Virus record (IMG/VR): IMGVR_UViG_3300035520_000484
Location: 34,993 to 98,992 of that record
DNA length: 64,000 nt
Direction: 5' to 3' (one strand)
Source of the DNA: a virus
Taxonomy: Duplodnaviria > Heunggongvirae > Uroviricota > Caudoviricetes
Made by a program: the position numbers and the translations under genes. The notes under the pieces were generated by a model. The model had not been told where the DNA came from and searched no databases. It saw only the letters and a program-made list of their open reading frames with translations. This document shows positions 1 to 8,693 of the stretch, piece by piece. The stretch's first letter is position 1. Every line of letters begins with the position of its first letter.

Positions 1-2
1 CT

Positions 3-368
3 TTAGATACTTCTTTAGGTGCAAGTCTTAGGTATATGTTTTATAATTGTACAAGTTTAACAGAGATTATGTTAGATTTATCTAGTGCTACTTCCTTACT
101 ATCAACTTTTTATAATTGTAAAGGTGTAGTTGTAGCACAATTTGTTAATCTAGGAAAAGCATCAGGATTAACAACTGCTAACTTAAGTGCATTAACTGCT
201 TGGGGTACCAAGCTTCCTGTTTACTTACACAAGACAATAAGTTATCTCTTTGATAGAGCATCAGCTGGTTATAGTACATGTACACTTACTTTGTCTACTG
301 CTACCAAAGCATTACTTACAGATTCAGAAATAGCGACAATTGCAGCTAAAGGTTATACACTAGCATAA
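3..368 (+). CDS. C-terminal part of BspA/DUF285-like leucine-rich-repeat protein (probable tail fibre/receptor-binding protein), 5'-truncated
   Basis: Frame open from window start; repeats LDTS..LRYMFYNCTSL / DLSS..LLSTFYNCKG resemble BspA/DUF285-type LRR units; TAA at 366-368. Confidence 0.55.
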   Translation, partial: LDTSLGASLRYMFYNCTSLTEIMLDLSSATSLLSTFYNCKGVVVAQFVNLGKASGLTTANLSALTAWGTKLPVYLHKTISYLFDRASAGYSTCTLTLSTATKALLTDSEIATIAAKGYTLA

Positions 369-406
369 TAGATAAACTTCTTTAAATAAACTTTAATATT
401 CTTATT

Positions 407-634
407 ATGACTACCGACACTATTCAAATTGAAATTCTTACACCTTCTGAAGGTTATAGATTAACACAAGCTGCTGATATTGATATACAGGATCGTGTTA
501 TTTCTGAAAAAATATTTTTAGCAGTAACAGATAAAGCAGAAAATTGGAAAGAAATTACAATAGAAGAAGCAAATTCTATTCTTGAAGAGCAAGAAAGACT
601 CATGGAAGAAGAAATGAATAAAATGGAGGAATAA
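407..634 (+). CDS. Small acidic hypothetical protein (75 aa) following the fibre gene
   Basis: Intact ORF with A/T-rich upstream region; ends TAA and is followed by a terminator. Confidence 0.7.
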   Translation: MTTDTIQIEILTPSEGYRLTQAADIDIQDRVISEKIFLAVTDKAENWKEITIEEANSILEEQERLMEEEMNKMEE

Positions 635-711
635 TTTATAGAATTTATCTACTATGATATTTGAATATAATTAGATGATTTTATACAATCATTATTTCAT
701 AATAACTTATT

Positions 712-748
712 AAGAAATCCGGCTCACAAGGTCGGATTTTCTTTTTTA
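712..748 (+). terminator. Rho-independent terminator
   Basis: Hairpin AAGAAATCCGGC/GTCGGATTTTCT followed by a T-run. Confidence 0.75.
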
Positions 749-818
749 TGCATATCTGAATTTTAAAAATTAATAAAATACTGTATTAAATAATTTAACA
801 CCTTTTAACTATATTTAC

Positions 819-849
819 TTTGGATTGATTAAAAAAGTATATAGATTTG
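819..849 (+). promoter_or_regulatory. Bacteroidota sigma-A-type promoter
   Basis: TTTG (819-822), 19-nt spacer, TAGATTTG (842-849) matches the -33 TTTG / -7 TAnnTTTG consensus; about 100 nt upstream of ATG 951. Confidence 0.7.
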
Positions 850-950
850 TATATCGAAATTAAAACGATAATATAATGTGAACGTTCATAGGTGTAGATA
901 ACTTTTTATTTTTCAGATATATTATATTTTTAAACAATTAATTTATATGT

Positions 951-1916
951 ATGTCAGACAGTAAAGTTTTTATGTTTCCTGAACAGAGTTCTGGAAATAG
1001 TGGTTTAATGTCATTGTTAGGCCCGATGCTTTCATAGCGTGGAATTGATCCTGGTGTTCTCGCCTTAATGAAAAATAATAATAGTTTTGGTGGTGAAGGT
1101 GGCTGGTTTATGTGGGTTATCTTCCTCTTCTTCCTTATGGGATGGGGAGGCGGTGGCTGGGGTGGTTTCGGAGGAAACCGTGCAGCTACAACTCAAGGAG
1201 TAGATTATTTATCTACATAGCTTAATAATGATGCAGGTAGAGAACTTTTGATGCAGGCAATAAACGGAAATGGTAACGCTATTAGTCAACTTGCTTCAAC
1301 CCTTAATTGCTCTGTTGGTAATATTCAGACCGCACTTAGTGGTATATTATCACAAGTTCAGAATGTGGGTAATCAAGTAGGTATGTCCTCACAGCAAGTA
1401 ATTAATGCAATTCAATCAGGTGATTGTGCAATAGCAAATTAGCTTTCACAAACTTGTTGCAATGTAAGACAAGCAATTACTGAACAGGGTTATCAAAATC
1501 AACTTGCTAATTGCCAGCAAACTAATACTTTAGCAAACGCTATTAACAATAATACTATCTCTCTTAGAGATGGGGCTTCTGCTAATACAAATGCTATTAT
1601 TGGTAAGTTAGATGCAATGCAAACTTAGGCTTTATATGATAAAATTGATGCATTGCGTGAATCTAAGAGTTAGCTACAGAGTCAATTATCATAGCAAGTT
1701 CAAACTGCTACATTTGGTCAAATGATTAGTCAAGCTGTTACTCCAATTAACACTTCTCTCTGCGATTTGAGTTCTAGATTAGCTTCTATTGAATGTAATC
1801 AACCTTTAGTTGCAAAAGTTCCTTATACTCCTGCGATGGGTGGTTTCATTCCTGTTAATTATGGTTTAAATGTAGCTAGTGGAATTTCCACTTTAAGTGG
1901 AGGCTGCAATTGCTAA
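951..1916 (+). CDS. Hypothetical protein (321 aa, code 15) with one transmembrane segment, Gly/Trp-rich stretch and Gln/Asn-rich coiled coil
   Basis: ATG 951 is in frame with track ORFs 1248 and 1722, interrupted only by TAG (e.g. MLS*RGIDP, LST*LNNDAGRELLMQAI); GGWFMWVIFLFFLMGWGGGGWGG is hydrophobic; ends GGCNC-TAA. Confidence 0.8.
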
Positions 1917-1930
1917 GAAAGGAGGTAAAT

Positions 1931-2404
1931 ATGTGGAGTTATAGTCCTATAATTACCGATCTTGCATTATTAAATCTTAATTAGAGACCTGGACTACAAA
2001 GATTAGATGTTGGAGGTATTTATGTTTTAAATACTAACAGTGTTTAGGTAAATGACAAGAGTATTGATTATGGTGTTAATCCAGAATTGTATAATGAACT
2101 TCCTTGTGAATGTTTGCTACTTTTGCAAGTACATGAAGCAGTTCCTTCTACATGCTCTTCTCTTCCTGTAACATTAGCAATTCCTTTTAGAGGTAATGCT
2201 ACAACTACAGTGGGAAGTGATATATCTGGAAATAATACTATTAATATTGTGGATAGTCAAGGTGACAATGTTCTTGGCTGTGATGTTGAAAATAATACTC
2301 AACGATTTGCATATCTTAATAAACGTACAGGAACAATGAGATTTTTGGAATTTACATCATCTGCATCTAGCACAAAAAGTTCCGAAACAACTACTAACGA
2401 ATAA
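1931..2404 (+). CDS. Hypothetical protein (157 aa, code 15)
   Basis: ATG 1931 preceded by AAAGGAGGT; two in-frame TAGs join it to track ORF 2087-2404. Confidence 0.75.
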
Positions 2405-2411
2405 TTAAATT

Positions 2412-2891
2412 ATGTTTTCAGCTTTAAGATAGGGAAGTATATTATATATTCTAGAAAAAGGAGAATCTCCTAATTTAAAAATAGGTCAGGTTACAAGTGT
2501 GTCTTAGCCTACTTATAATAATAATTTTTTAATGAATGGATCAACTGTTAATATTGGAGTTAAAGTTGGAGAACAAACAATGGACTTTTAGAATATTGTT
2601 GGTTCTTTATCAGTTGCTAGTTATAATAATGTAACTATAGCAGAAACAAAGGAATTAATTTCCAATGAAGTTGATAGTATGTTACAGAATAGTAAAAATA
2701 TTATAGATAGTGTTGCTTATCATGAGAAAGTAATTGCTTCTTGTGAAGAAATTTTAAGAGACTTAAATCCAAGATTTGCTAAAGAAAAAGAACGCGATGA
2801 GGATATAAGTAACCTAAAAACTAAAATAGGAGGTCTTGAAAATAAAATGGATAAACTAATATCTATCTTATCTAAAGATGAGAAAAAGTAA
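2412..2891 (+). CDS. Hypothetical protein with C-terminal coiled coil (159 aa, code 15)
   Basis: MFSALR*GSILYILEKGESPNLKIGQVTSVS*P is in frame with track ORF 2679-2891; starts 7 nt after the previous stop. Confidence 0.8.
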
Positions 2892-3093
2892 TACTACTAT
2901 GAGAGGATATATTGAAATAAAAGAAGATCAGTATGAGGATACTATTGAACATCTTTACAGAATTAAACATATTGCTTGTAAATTAATGGAAAAACTTCAA
3001 GAAAATTCTGATGTTTATAGTGAAGATGGTGATTCTGATACTGAATATTATACAAAACATGTTAAGAAAGTTAAGGGTAGATATGATTATTAA
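2878..3093 (+). CDS. Hypothetical protein (71 aa)
   Basis: Intact ORF overlapping the previous stop; followed by a terminator. Confidence 0.65.
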   Translation: MRKSNTTMRGYIEIKEDQYEDTIEHLYRIKHIACKLMEKLQENSDVYSEDGDSDTEYYTKHVKKVKGRYDY

Positions 3094-3099
3094 TTTAGC

Positions 3100-3132
3100 A
3101 GGCGATGGCAGGTAATGCTGTCGCCTTTTTTA
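3100..3132 (+). terminator. Rho-independent terminator
   Basis: AGGCGATGGCA-GGTAA-TGCTGTCGCCT hairpin followed by a T-run. Confidence 0.8.
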
Positions 3133-3136
3133 TTAT

Positions 3137-3508
3137 ATGGATTTTACTTAGTACGATAAAAAACCAGAAGGCTTTATTAATTATCTTAGATATTATGGGC
3201 CTCATTTTAACAAGAAACTATGTGAGTTTGCTTGTAGTCAATTTCCAAAAAATGATTATACAGTTGATAAAGTAAATAGTTTATTAACATCTTATGGAAT
3301 TGAATTAAAGAATTGTAAATTACATGATGCTGTTTATGTAGCTAATTGGGCGAAATCAGTATTTTATGGATCTAGTTTGGCAGATGATAAACATCTAGCA
3401 TTATTTATAAAAGATATTTTTGATAAAGAAGGAGATCTTGTATTTAACAGATGGTTTGCTGATATTGCAAAATAGGGTATTCCTATTGAATGGGATGAAA
3501 TGATTTAA
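3137..3508 (+). CDS. Hypothetical protein (123 aa, code 15; absent from ORF track)
   Basis: MDFT*YDKKPEGFINYLRYYGPHFNKKLCEFAC...DAVYVANWAK...RWFADIAK*GIPIEWDEMI-TAA; only two TAG interruptions. Confidence 0.8.
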
Positions 3509-3512
3509 TATT

Positions 3513-3572
3513 TGGTTAATACATAATTAATGTTTATATTTAACACGTGATTATGTATTAACCATTATTTTT
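3513..3572 (+). promoter_or_regulatory. Long inverted repeat (hairpin) directly upstream of the endolysin start
   Basis: TGGTTAATACATAAT (3513-3527) and ATTATGTATTAACCA (3550-3564) form a perfect 15-bp stem, followed by TTATTTTT and ATG at 3575. Confidence 0.6.
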
Positions 3573-3574
3573 AT

Positions 3575-3973
3575 ATGAAGTATTTTACAATCAAAGAATT
3601 ATGTAAATCTACTACTGCAAATAAGTATAATATAGATAATACTCCGAATGAGGAGATAATATCTAATTTAACAGCATTAGTAGAAAATGTTTTAGATCCA
3701 TTACGTGAAGCATGGGGAAGACCTATTACTGTTAGTAGTGGTTATCGCTGTAAGGCTTTAAACACAAAGGTAAAAGGCTCTAGCACAAGTCAACATATGT
3801 TAGGACAAGCTGCAGATATTAGTGCTGGCACTATTGAAGAAAATAAAAAATTATTTCAATTAGCTCAGAATTTAAAACTTCCTTATGATCAACTAATTGA
3901 TGAGTATGGTTATTCTTGGGTACATATTAGTTATGGTCCGAGAAATAGAAGAAGTGTATTACATTTGAAGTAA
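3575..3973 (+). CDS. Peptidase M15A family Zn D-Ala-D-Ala peptidase (probable endolysin)
   Basis: Motifs SSGYRC, SQHMLGQAAD, WVHIS are typical of Peptidase_M15_3. Confidence 0.9.
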   Translation: MKYFTIKELCKSTTANKYNIDNTPNEEIISNLTALVENVLDPLREAWGRPITVSSGYRCKALNTKVKGSSTSQHMLGQAADISAGTIEENKKLFQLAQNLKLPYDQLIDEYGYSWVHISYGPRNRRSVLHLK

Positions 3974-4191
3974 TGGAAGAATTATTAAAAAGAATAGAAG
4001 CTCTAGAGAAAAAAGTAGCTGAACTAAGTTCTGGAAATAATTTAAGTTCTTCTATGTTTGGAAGAACTTATAGTCAGGTAGGAAGTTCAGACTCAGATTT
4101 CTTAATAAAAACTAGAGGATAGGTCAAAATATAGATTGGTAATATGTTTATTGACCTTATAAAGAATGGTAAGATTAACACAAATTCCTAA
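3973..4191 (+). CDS. Small hypothetical protein (72 aa, code 15)
   Basis: TAATG-coupled to the endolysin; MEELLKRIEALEKK...LIKTRG*VKI*IGNMFIDLIKNGKIN-TAA. Confidence 0.7.
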
Positions 4192-4204
4192 TTTGGTATA
4201 ATGT

Positions 4205-4242
4205 TTAACTATTTTTAATCATTAAATTAATATGTAAATTTG
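4205..4242 (+). promoter_or_regulatory. Probable promoter for the scaffold-capsid operon
   Basis: TAAATTTG at 4235-4242 (-7 element); -33 element weak (TTTA); upstream TTAACTAT(A/T)TTT is shared with the 819-849 promoter region. Confidence 0.55.
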
Positions 4243-4268
4243 CATATTAAATCAAATGTATATAAAAT

Positions 4269-5294
4269 ATGGATGAAGAAATTGATGATTTTGAATTAAT
4301 GGATGATGAGTAGGAAGGGATTGATAATACCACAACTCAAAATACAAACTCTGACTTAGACGATAGCTCTGGTTAGCAAGATTATGAAGATCAAGAAGAG
4401 TCTGTAGAAGATAGTCTTATAAATCAGCTTCTAGAACTTAAAGGAATTACTGATAGTTCTAAGATTAAGTTTGAAAACGAAGAAGGAAAGATTGATGAAG
4501 TTGATTGGAATACTCTCGATAATGATGAGAAATTAAATATTCTTAGATCTTCTGAATCTGATAATCAATTGCAAGATTCTGAAATACAATTGTTAAATGC
4601 AATTAGATAGAGTAATCTAACTCCTCAAGAATATTTGCAATATGTATCTCGTTCTAGCGTAGAAAATTTTATCTAGAACACTCAGGCTTAGAATAGAGTA
4701 TATTCTACAGATTAGTACAGTGATGAAGAATTATATGTAATGGATTTGATTAGTAAATCAAAGGACATTACTGAAGAAGAAGCACTAGAAGCATTAGAAC
4801 GTGCTAAATCTAATTCTAATCTATTTAAAAAGCAAACTGCAGCTATTCGTGATGAATATAAACGAATTGAAGAGGATTATGCTCAGCAAGCTCGTTACCA
4901 ACAAGAAGAAGCTGCTCAGGAATAGTTTAATAGGTTTGCTTCAAGTATTGAAGATAGTATCCTAAGGTTTACGGATTACTCAGGTTATCCCATTAACATG
5001 GATAGTGATGATATGCAGGACCTTTATGATTTTATCACAACTACAGATAATGCAGGTAATAATTGGTTTAGTAAAGCTTTAAATGATCCTGATTCTGTAG
5101 TACAAATGGCATGGTTCTTACTTAATGGTGAGAAAATGATTCAAGATACTGTTGATTATTACAACAATGAAATCACAAAGGTTAGAAAAGAAAGTTATGC
5201 AAAAGGTCTTAAAGACGCTCAAGATAAACCCAATATTGTATATAAAAACAAATCTAAAGTTAGACAATAGTTTGATGACTTAGATGATTTTTAA
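4269..5294 (+). CDS. Acidic protein upstream of MCP, probable scaffolding protein (341 aa, code 15)
   Basis: Joins track ORFs 4740 and 4998 through TAGs only; very D/E-rich N-terminus, coiled-coil middle; ends TAA 16 nt before the MCP start. Function inferred from position and composition. Confidence 0.65.
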
Positions 5295-5310
5295 TTAAAA
5301 AAGAATTAAT

Positions 5311-5352
5311 ATGTTAGTTGCGAATTTTACTTCAAGAATACCCACAATGGGT
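5311..5352 (+). CDS. MCP exon 1
   Basis: 14 codons ending in U of ATGGGT, which pairs with the intron IGS GCCCAT with a U-G wobble. Confidence 0.85.
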
Positions 5353-8300
5353 GAGAGTATTGCCCATTTAAAATCCTGTGAATTGCTGGAAGCCCTTCAT
5401 TACAACTAGCATCGGGTAATCAGCAGCGAAGCTTAAAGTTTAAAAGCTTTTTGAACGTTCAAAGACTAATACCTGAAACTAATTCGTTAGAATATATGGT
5501 AACACGAGCGCAGGATTTAAATGAGATAGTCTGACCTTATAAAATGATAAATTATAAGAAATATAGGATAAAGAGCCTATATGATAACACTTGAATACTA
5601 AAACATACGAAGATTGGTCTAAGTACCTTGGTTCTAAGCCTAACCGCCTTGGTGTGGTAGCTCGTATGTACACTGATAACACTCTTAACTTTATTACTGA
5701 TGGTTTGAGAAATGTCTACTATAAAAACTCTGATGTAGATAAATTCCAGCTGTCTAATTCTCTTCTTATTGAATGGGATGTTGAAACCAATCAAATTAAG
5801 AAGATTGAATTTGCAGAGGTTCCTGAAGGTACTGGAGCTAATGGTGAAGAAATTACAATGCGCTTCAAGGAAAATTATTATCAGAAGTATGATATTTTCC
5901 GTATTGATAAAACAAGACAGCAGTGTCAAGTTGTAAGCCGTCCTATTCGTAAGAGTGATAATTGCTGGGAAGTATAGGTACGTCTTGTAGATAATAACTA
6001 TGATACTACTTTGGATACTGATGGTTGTCAGATTGGTGACCTCACAACGTTCCAATCAGTTGCTCAACCTGAACTCTCAGAGGAGGGTAAAAAATATTTT
6101 GAATTGCTCTCCTCCGTTATGTTGGCTGCATAATGAAAAATTAAAAAAACTTCCTTAATTGCTGGAAACCTAAGTTGAAAGATATGGCAATCAGCAGCGA
6201 AACCTTGATAAAGGTACGTTCAACGACTATCGAAAGTATATTTAATGAGAAACACATTAAAGAATAAATGAGTAGAGTACACTATTCAGTGGAAACAGGA
6301 AGGATATATATAACGGTAATAGAAATATATATTAAGATATAGTCTGATCTTATAGGAAACTATAAGCTAACACAAATGTATTCAAAATTCTAGTCTTAGG
6401 TTGAAAGACATCGTAATTATATGACTTTCTTCCGTAACGATGCATCTTGGTCGTCATTATATGCACTTCAAGAAAATGTATTTATGTCGATCTCCGATGA
6501 TAAGGATAAGACTAAGACTGAAGGTGTTTATAAGATGCTTAAGAAGGAAAAGGAACTCCTTGATACCTTCATGTATGCTATGAACACTGGTTTGTTACTT
6601 AATAAGGGTAATATTGATCAGAATGGTAAAGCTACAATTCAGGATCCGGATACAAATAGGCCTATATATATTGGCGAAGGCCTGATTCCTCAAATAGAAG
6701 CTGCATGTAATAAATATTGCTATAATAACAAACCCACGCTTCCCTTGTTTAATCAAATCATGTCTGACATGGCTGATAAGTCTCAGAGTGATACTGGTAA
6801 CAAGTTTGTATTTATTTGTAACCGTCAATTCTGGAATGATGCAAACATGGTTCTTGGTGAGTATCTTTCTAACTATAGAACTGATGGTACTTACATGTAT
6901 TCTAAGAATGCAAATAAGGGCGATGGTGGTTATGTTAAGGTAGGTGCTACTTTTGATACCTACATTTTCGCTGGAAACCAGGTTACTTTTACCTGTGATC
7001 GTGCTTTGACACGTGAATATCCTGATAAGGGTTATGCAATCTGTCTTGACCTCACTGCAGATAAGACTACTGGTTCTCCTGCCCTTGCTAAGTATTCTAT
7101 GACTGGCAAAGACTTCATGACTAACAAGATAATCGGCGTAAACATTACCTGCGCCGCTTAAGAGGTGACTCTTTTGAAAATTAATTTCTTTAATTGCTGG
7201 AAAGCTAAGTACATTATGTATATGCTAATCAGCAGCCAAGACTAGGAATATGCAAGATCTAAGATCAGCTCCTAGTAAGGTTCAGAGACTAGTCTGAAAA
7301 GACGTACATCTTTTTATAGATGGAAATGGGAAATAACTTATATAAAGTATAAAATTATGGAATATATAGTGTATGTAACTATTAATACTGTTAATAATAA
7401 AATTTATGTAGGAGTTCATTAGACAGAAGATTCTACTAAATTTGATGGATATATCGGAAATGGAATTAATATAAATAAAGCTTCAAGTATAAAGCATCCA
7501 AAAGAACCTTTTCATTATGCTGTAAAAAAGTATGGTTTTAAAGCATTTAAAAGAATAGTTTTATGTTCATATGATAATATTTAGAGTGCTTTAGATTTAG
7601 AAGCTGAAATTGTAAATGAAGATTTCATTAAAAGAAAGGATACTTACAATATAACTATAGGCGGAGGACTTCCTCCACTGTTAAATAAAAAAGTTTATCA
7701 ATATGATTTTAATGGAAATTTTATAAAAGAATGGTTCTCTTTAACAGAAGCAGGAATAGAATTAAAAACTGCTCCTAATTGCATTGGAAGAGCTGCTTTA
7801 TATAAAAGAACTTCTGCTAGTAGTTATTGGTCGTTTTATAAATTTGATAAACTTGATATATCTGAATATAAAAAATATTCTCCAGAACAACCAGTTCATA
7901 TTTATGATGAATTTGGAATATATGTTAGAAGTTTTAAATCACAGACAGAATGTGCTAAATTTTTAAATAGTAATATATCTCATATACAAAGGTCTATTAA
8001 AACTAGCACTATGACAAAAGGATATTATATATCTTTGGAATTAAGTCAAACCTTTATTAAACCTAAAAAAGAAAGATTATCAGGATTAATTCATCAATAT
8101 GACTTAGATGGAAATTATATTCAATCCTTTAAAAATCCTACAGAATTAGAAACTAAATTAGGTTTAAAAACATCTGGTATTAATACTTCTATAAGATTAA
8201 ATCAATCATATAAAGGATTTCTTTGGTTACGCGGGGAAAAACTTGATAAAATTGATCCATTTATTTCAAAAACTAAATCTAGAAAGATTGGTCAATATTC

Positions 8301-8612
8301 TCAAGAAGGAAAATTAATAAAAGTTTTCGATACTTTAAGAGCAGCAAGAAAAGAATTTCCAAATGTTTCTAAAGTATTAAATGGAACAGCAAAACATTGT
8401 CATAATTTTATATTTAAATATTTAGAATAAGTTAAAGATATAGTCCGATCTTGTAAGAAATTACAAGTTAACATAAAAAATGAGGTGGCTACGATGGCAA
8501 GACTTCTGGTGAAGTTTCTAGCAATGTAGCCGGTTCTAAGCTTGTTATGTCAGGTTATGCTGGTGTTGCTGCATTCACACCGTTCAGAAGTGTGATTGTA
8601 CGCTAGGCATAA
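5311..8612 (+). CDS. Major capsid protein, spliced: join(5311..5352,5594..6088,6379..7139,8483..8612), 475 aa, code 15
   Basis: Exons total 1428 nt and join in frame: MLVANFTSRIPTMG|NTKTYEDW...PELSEEG|YSKFQSQVERHRNY...TNKIIGV|GGYDGKTSGEVSSNVAGSKL...VRQA. The product resembles crAss-like HK97-fold MCPs, sits after the scaffold gene and is followed by a strong terminator. Confidence 0.9.
5353..5593 (+). mobile_element. Group I intron 1 in MCP (241 nt, ORF-less)
   Basis: P1 ATGGGT/GCCCAT (5362-67); P10 GTATT (5357-61)/exon-2 AATAC; P3 AAATCCTG/CAGGATTT; core AATTGCTGGAAG 5381, AATCAGCAG 5418, GTTCAAAGACTA 5457, GAGATAGTC 5523; terminal G at 5593. Confidence 0.9.
5594..6088 (+). CDS. MCP exon 2
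   Basis: NTKTYEDWSKYLG...WEV*VRLVDNNY...PELSEEG; in-frame TAG at 5975-5977. Confidence 0.88.
6089..6378 (+). mobile_element. Group I intron 2 in MCP (290 nt, ORF-less)
   Basis: P1 GAGGAGGGT/GCTCTCCTC (6106-14) with U-G at the splice site; P10 ATTTTGAAT (6096-6104)/exon-3 ATTCAAAAT; core AATTGCTGGAAA 6157, AATCAGCAG 6189, GTTCAACGACTA 6218, AAGATATAGTC 6334; terminal G at 6378. Confidence 0.9.
6379..7139 (+). CDS. MCP exon 3
   Basis: YSKF*S*VERHRNYMTFFRND...TNKIIG-GT; contains track ORF 6421; TAGs at 6391 and 6397. Confidence 0.88.
7140..8482 (+). mobile_element. Group I intron 3 in MCP (1343 nt) carrying a homing endonuclease ORF
   Basis: P1 CGGCGT/GCGCCG (7151-56); P10 ACCT (7147-50)/exon-4 AGGT; core AATTGCTGGAAA 7192, AATCAGCAG 7227, GTTCAGAGACTA 7280, AAGATATAGTC 8435; terminal G at 8482; interrupts a Val codon (GT|A). 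Confidence 0.92.
7357..8430 (+). CDS. Intron-encoded GIY-YIG homing endonuclease with four NUMOD1-like repeats (357 aa, code 15)
   Basis: MEYIVYVTINTVNNKIYVGVH*TEDSTKFDGYIGNG is a GIY-YIG-type N-terminus; repeats VYQYDFNGNFIKEW, VHIYDEFGIYVRSF, IHQYDLDGNYIQSF, IGQYSQEGKLIKVF; two in-frame TAGs; lies between the R and S core elements. Confidence 0.88.
8483..8612 (+). CDS. MCP exon 4
   Basis: (A)GGT GGC TAC GAT...GYAGVAAFTPFRSVIVR*A-TAA. Confidence 0.88.
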
Positions 8613-8635
8613 TAAATTTTAAGATATATAGATTA

Positions 8636-8675
8636 GATAGGAGGAGCCTTAACACCCTCCTCCTATCAATTTTTT
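8636..8675 (+). terminator. Rho-independent terminator after MCP
   Basis: GATAGGAGGAG...CTCCTCCTATC stem followed by AATTTTTT. Confidence 0.8.
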
Positions 8676-8693
8676 AATGTGATATGAATTAAT

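Noticed and set aside
3-368. Fibre C-terminus as a diversity-generating retroelement target
   Set aside because: No matching template repeat or RT found in the window; cannot be supported.
635-950. Suppressor tRNA or other structured RNA in the largest intergenic gap
   Set aside because: No cloverleaf, T-loop or CUA anticodon arm seen; the gap is explained by a terminator and a promoter. tRNAscan-SE on the full genome is needed.
5479-6828. Minus-strand track ORFs 5479-5682, 5552-6055 and 6595-6828
   Set aside because: Antisense shadows of MCP exons and introns, with no protein motifs.
5591-7161. Track ORFs 5591-5977 and 6421-7161 as separate genes
   Set aside because: They are internal parts of MCP exons 2 and 3; their apparent ends are a sense TAG or intron sequence.
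7784-8430. Track ORF 7784-7966 and stand-alone 8011-8430
   Set aside because: The first is an out-of-frame shadow; the second is the C-terminus of the 7357-8430 endonuclease.
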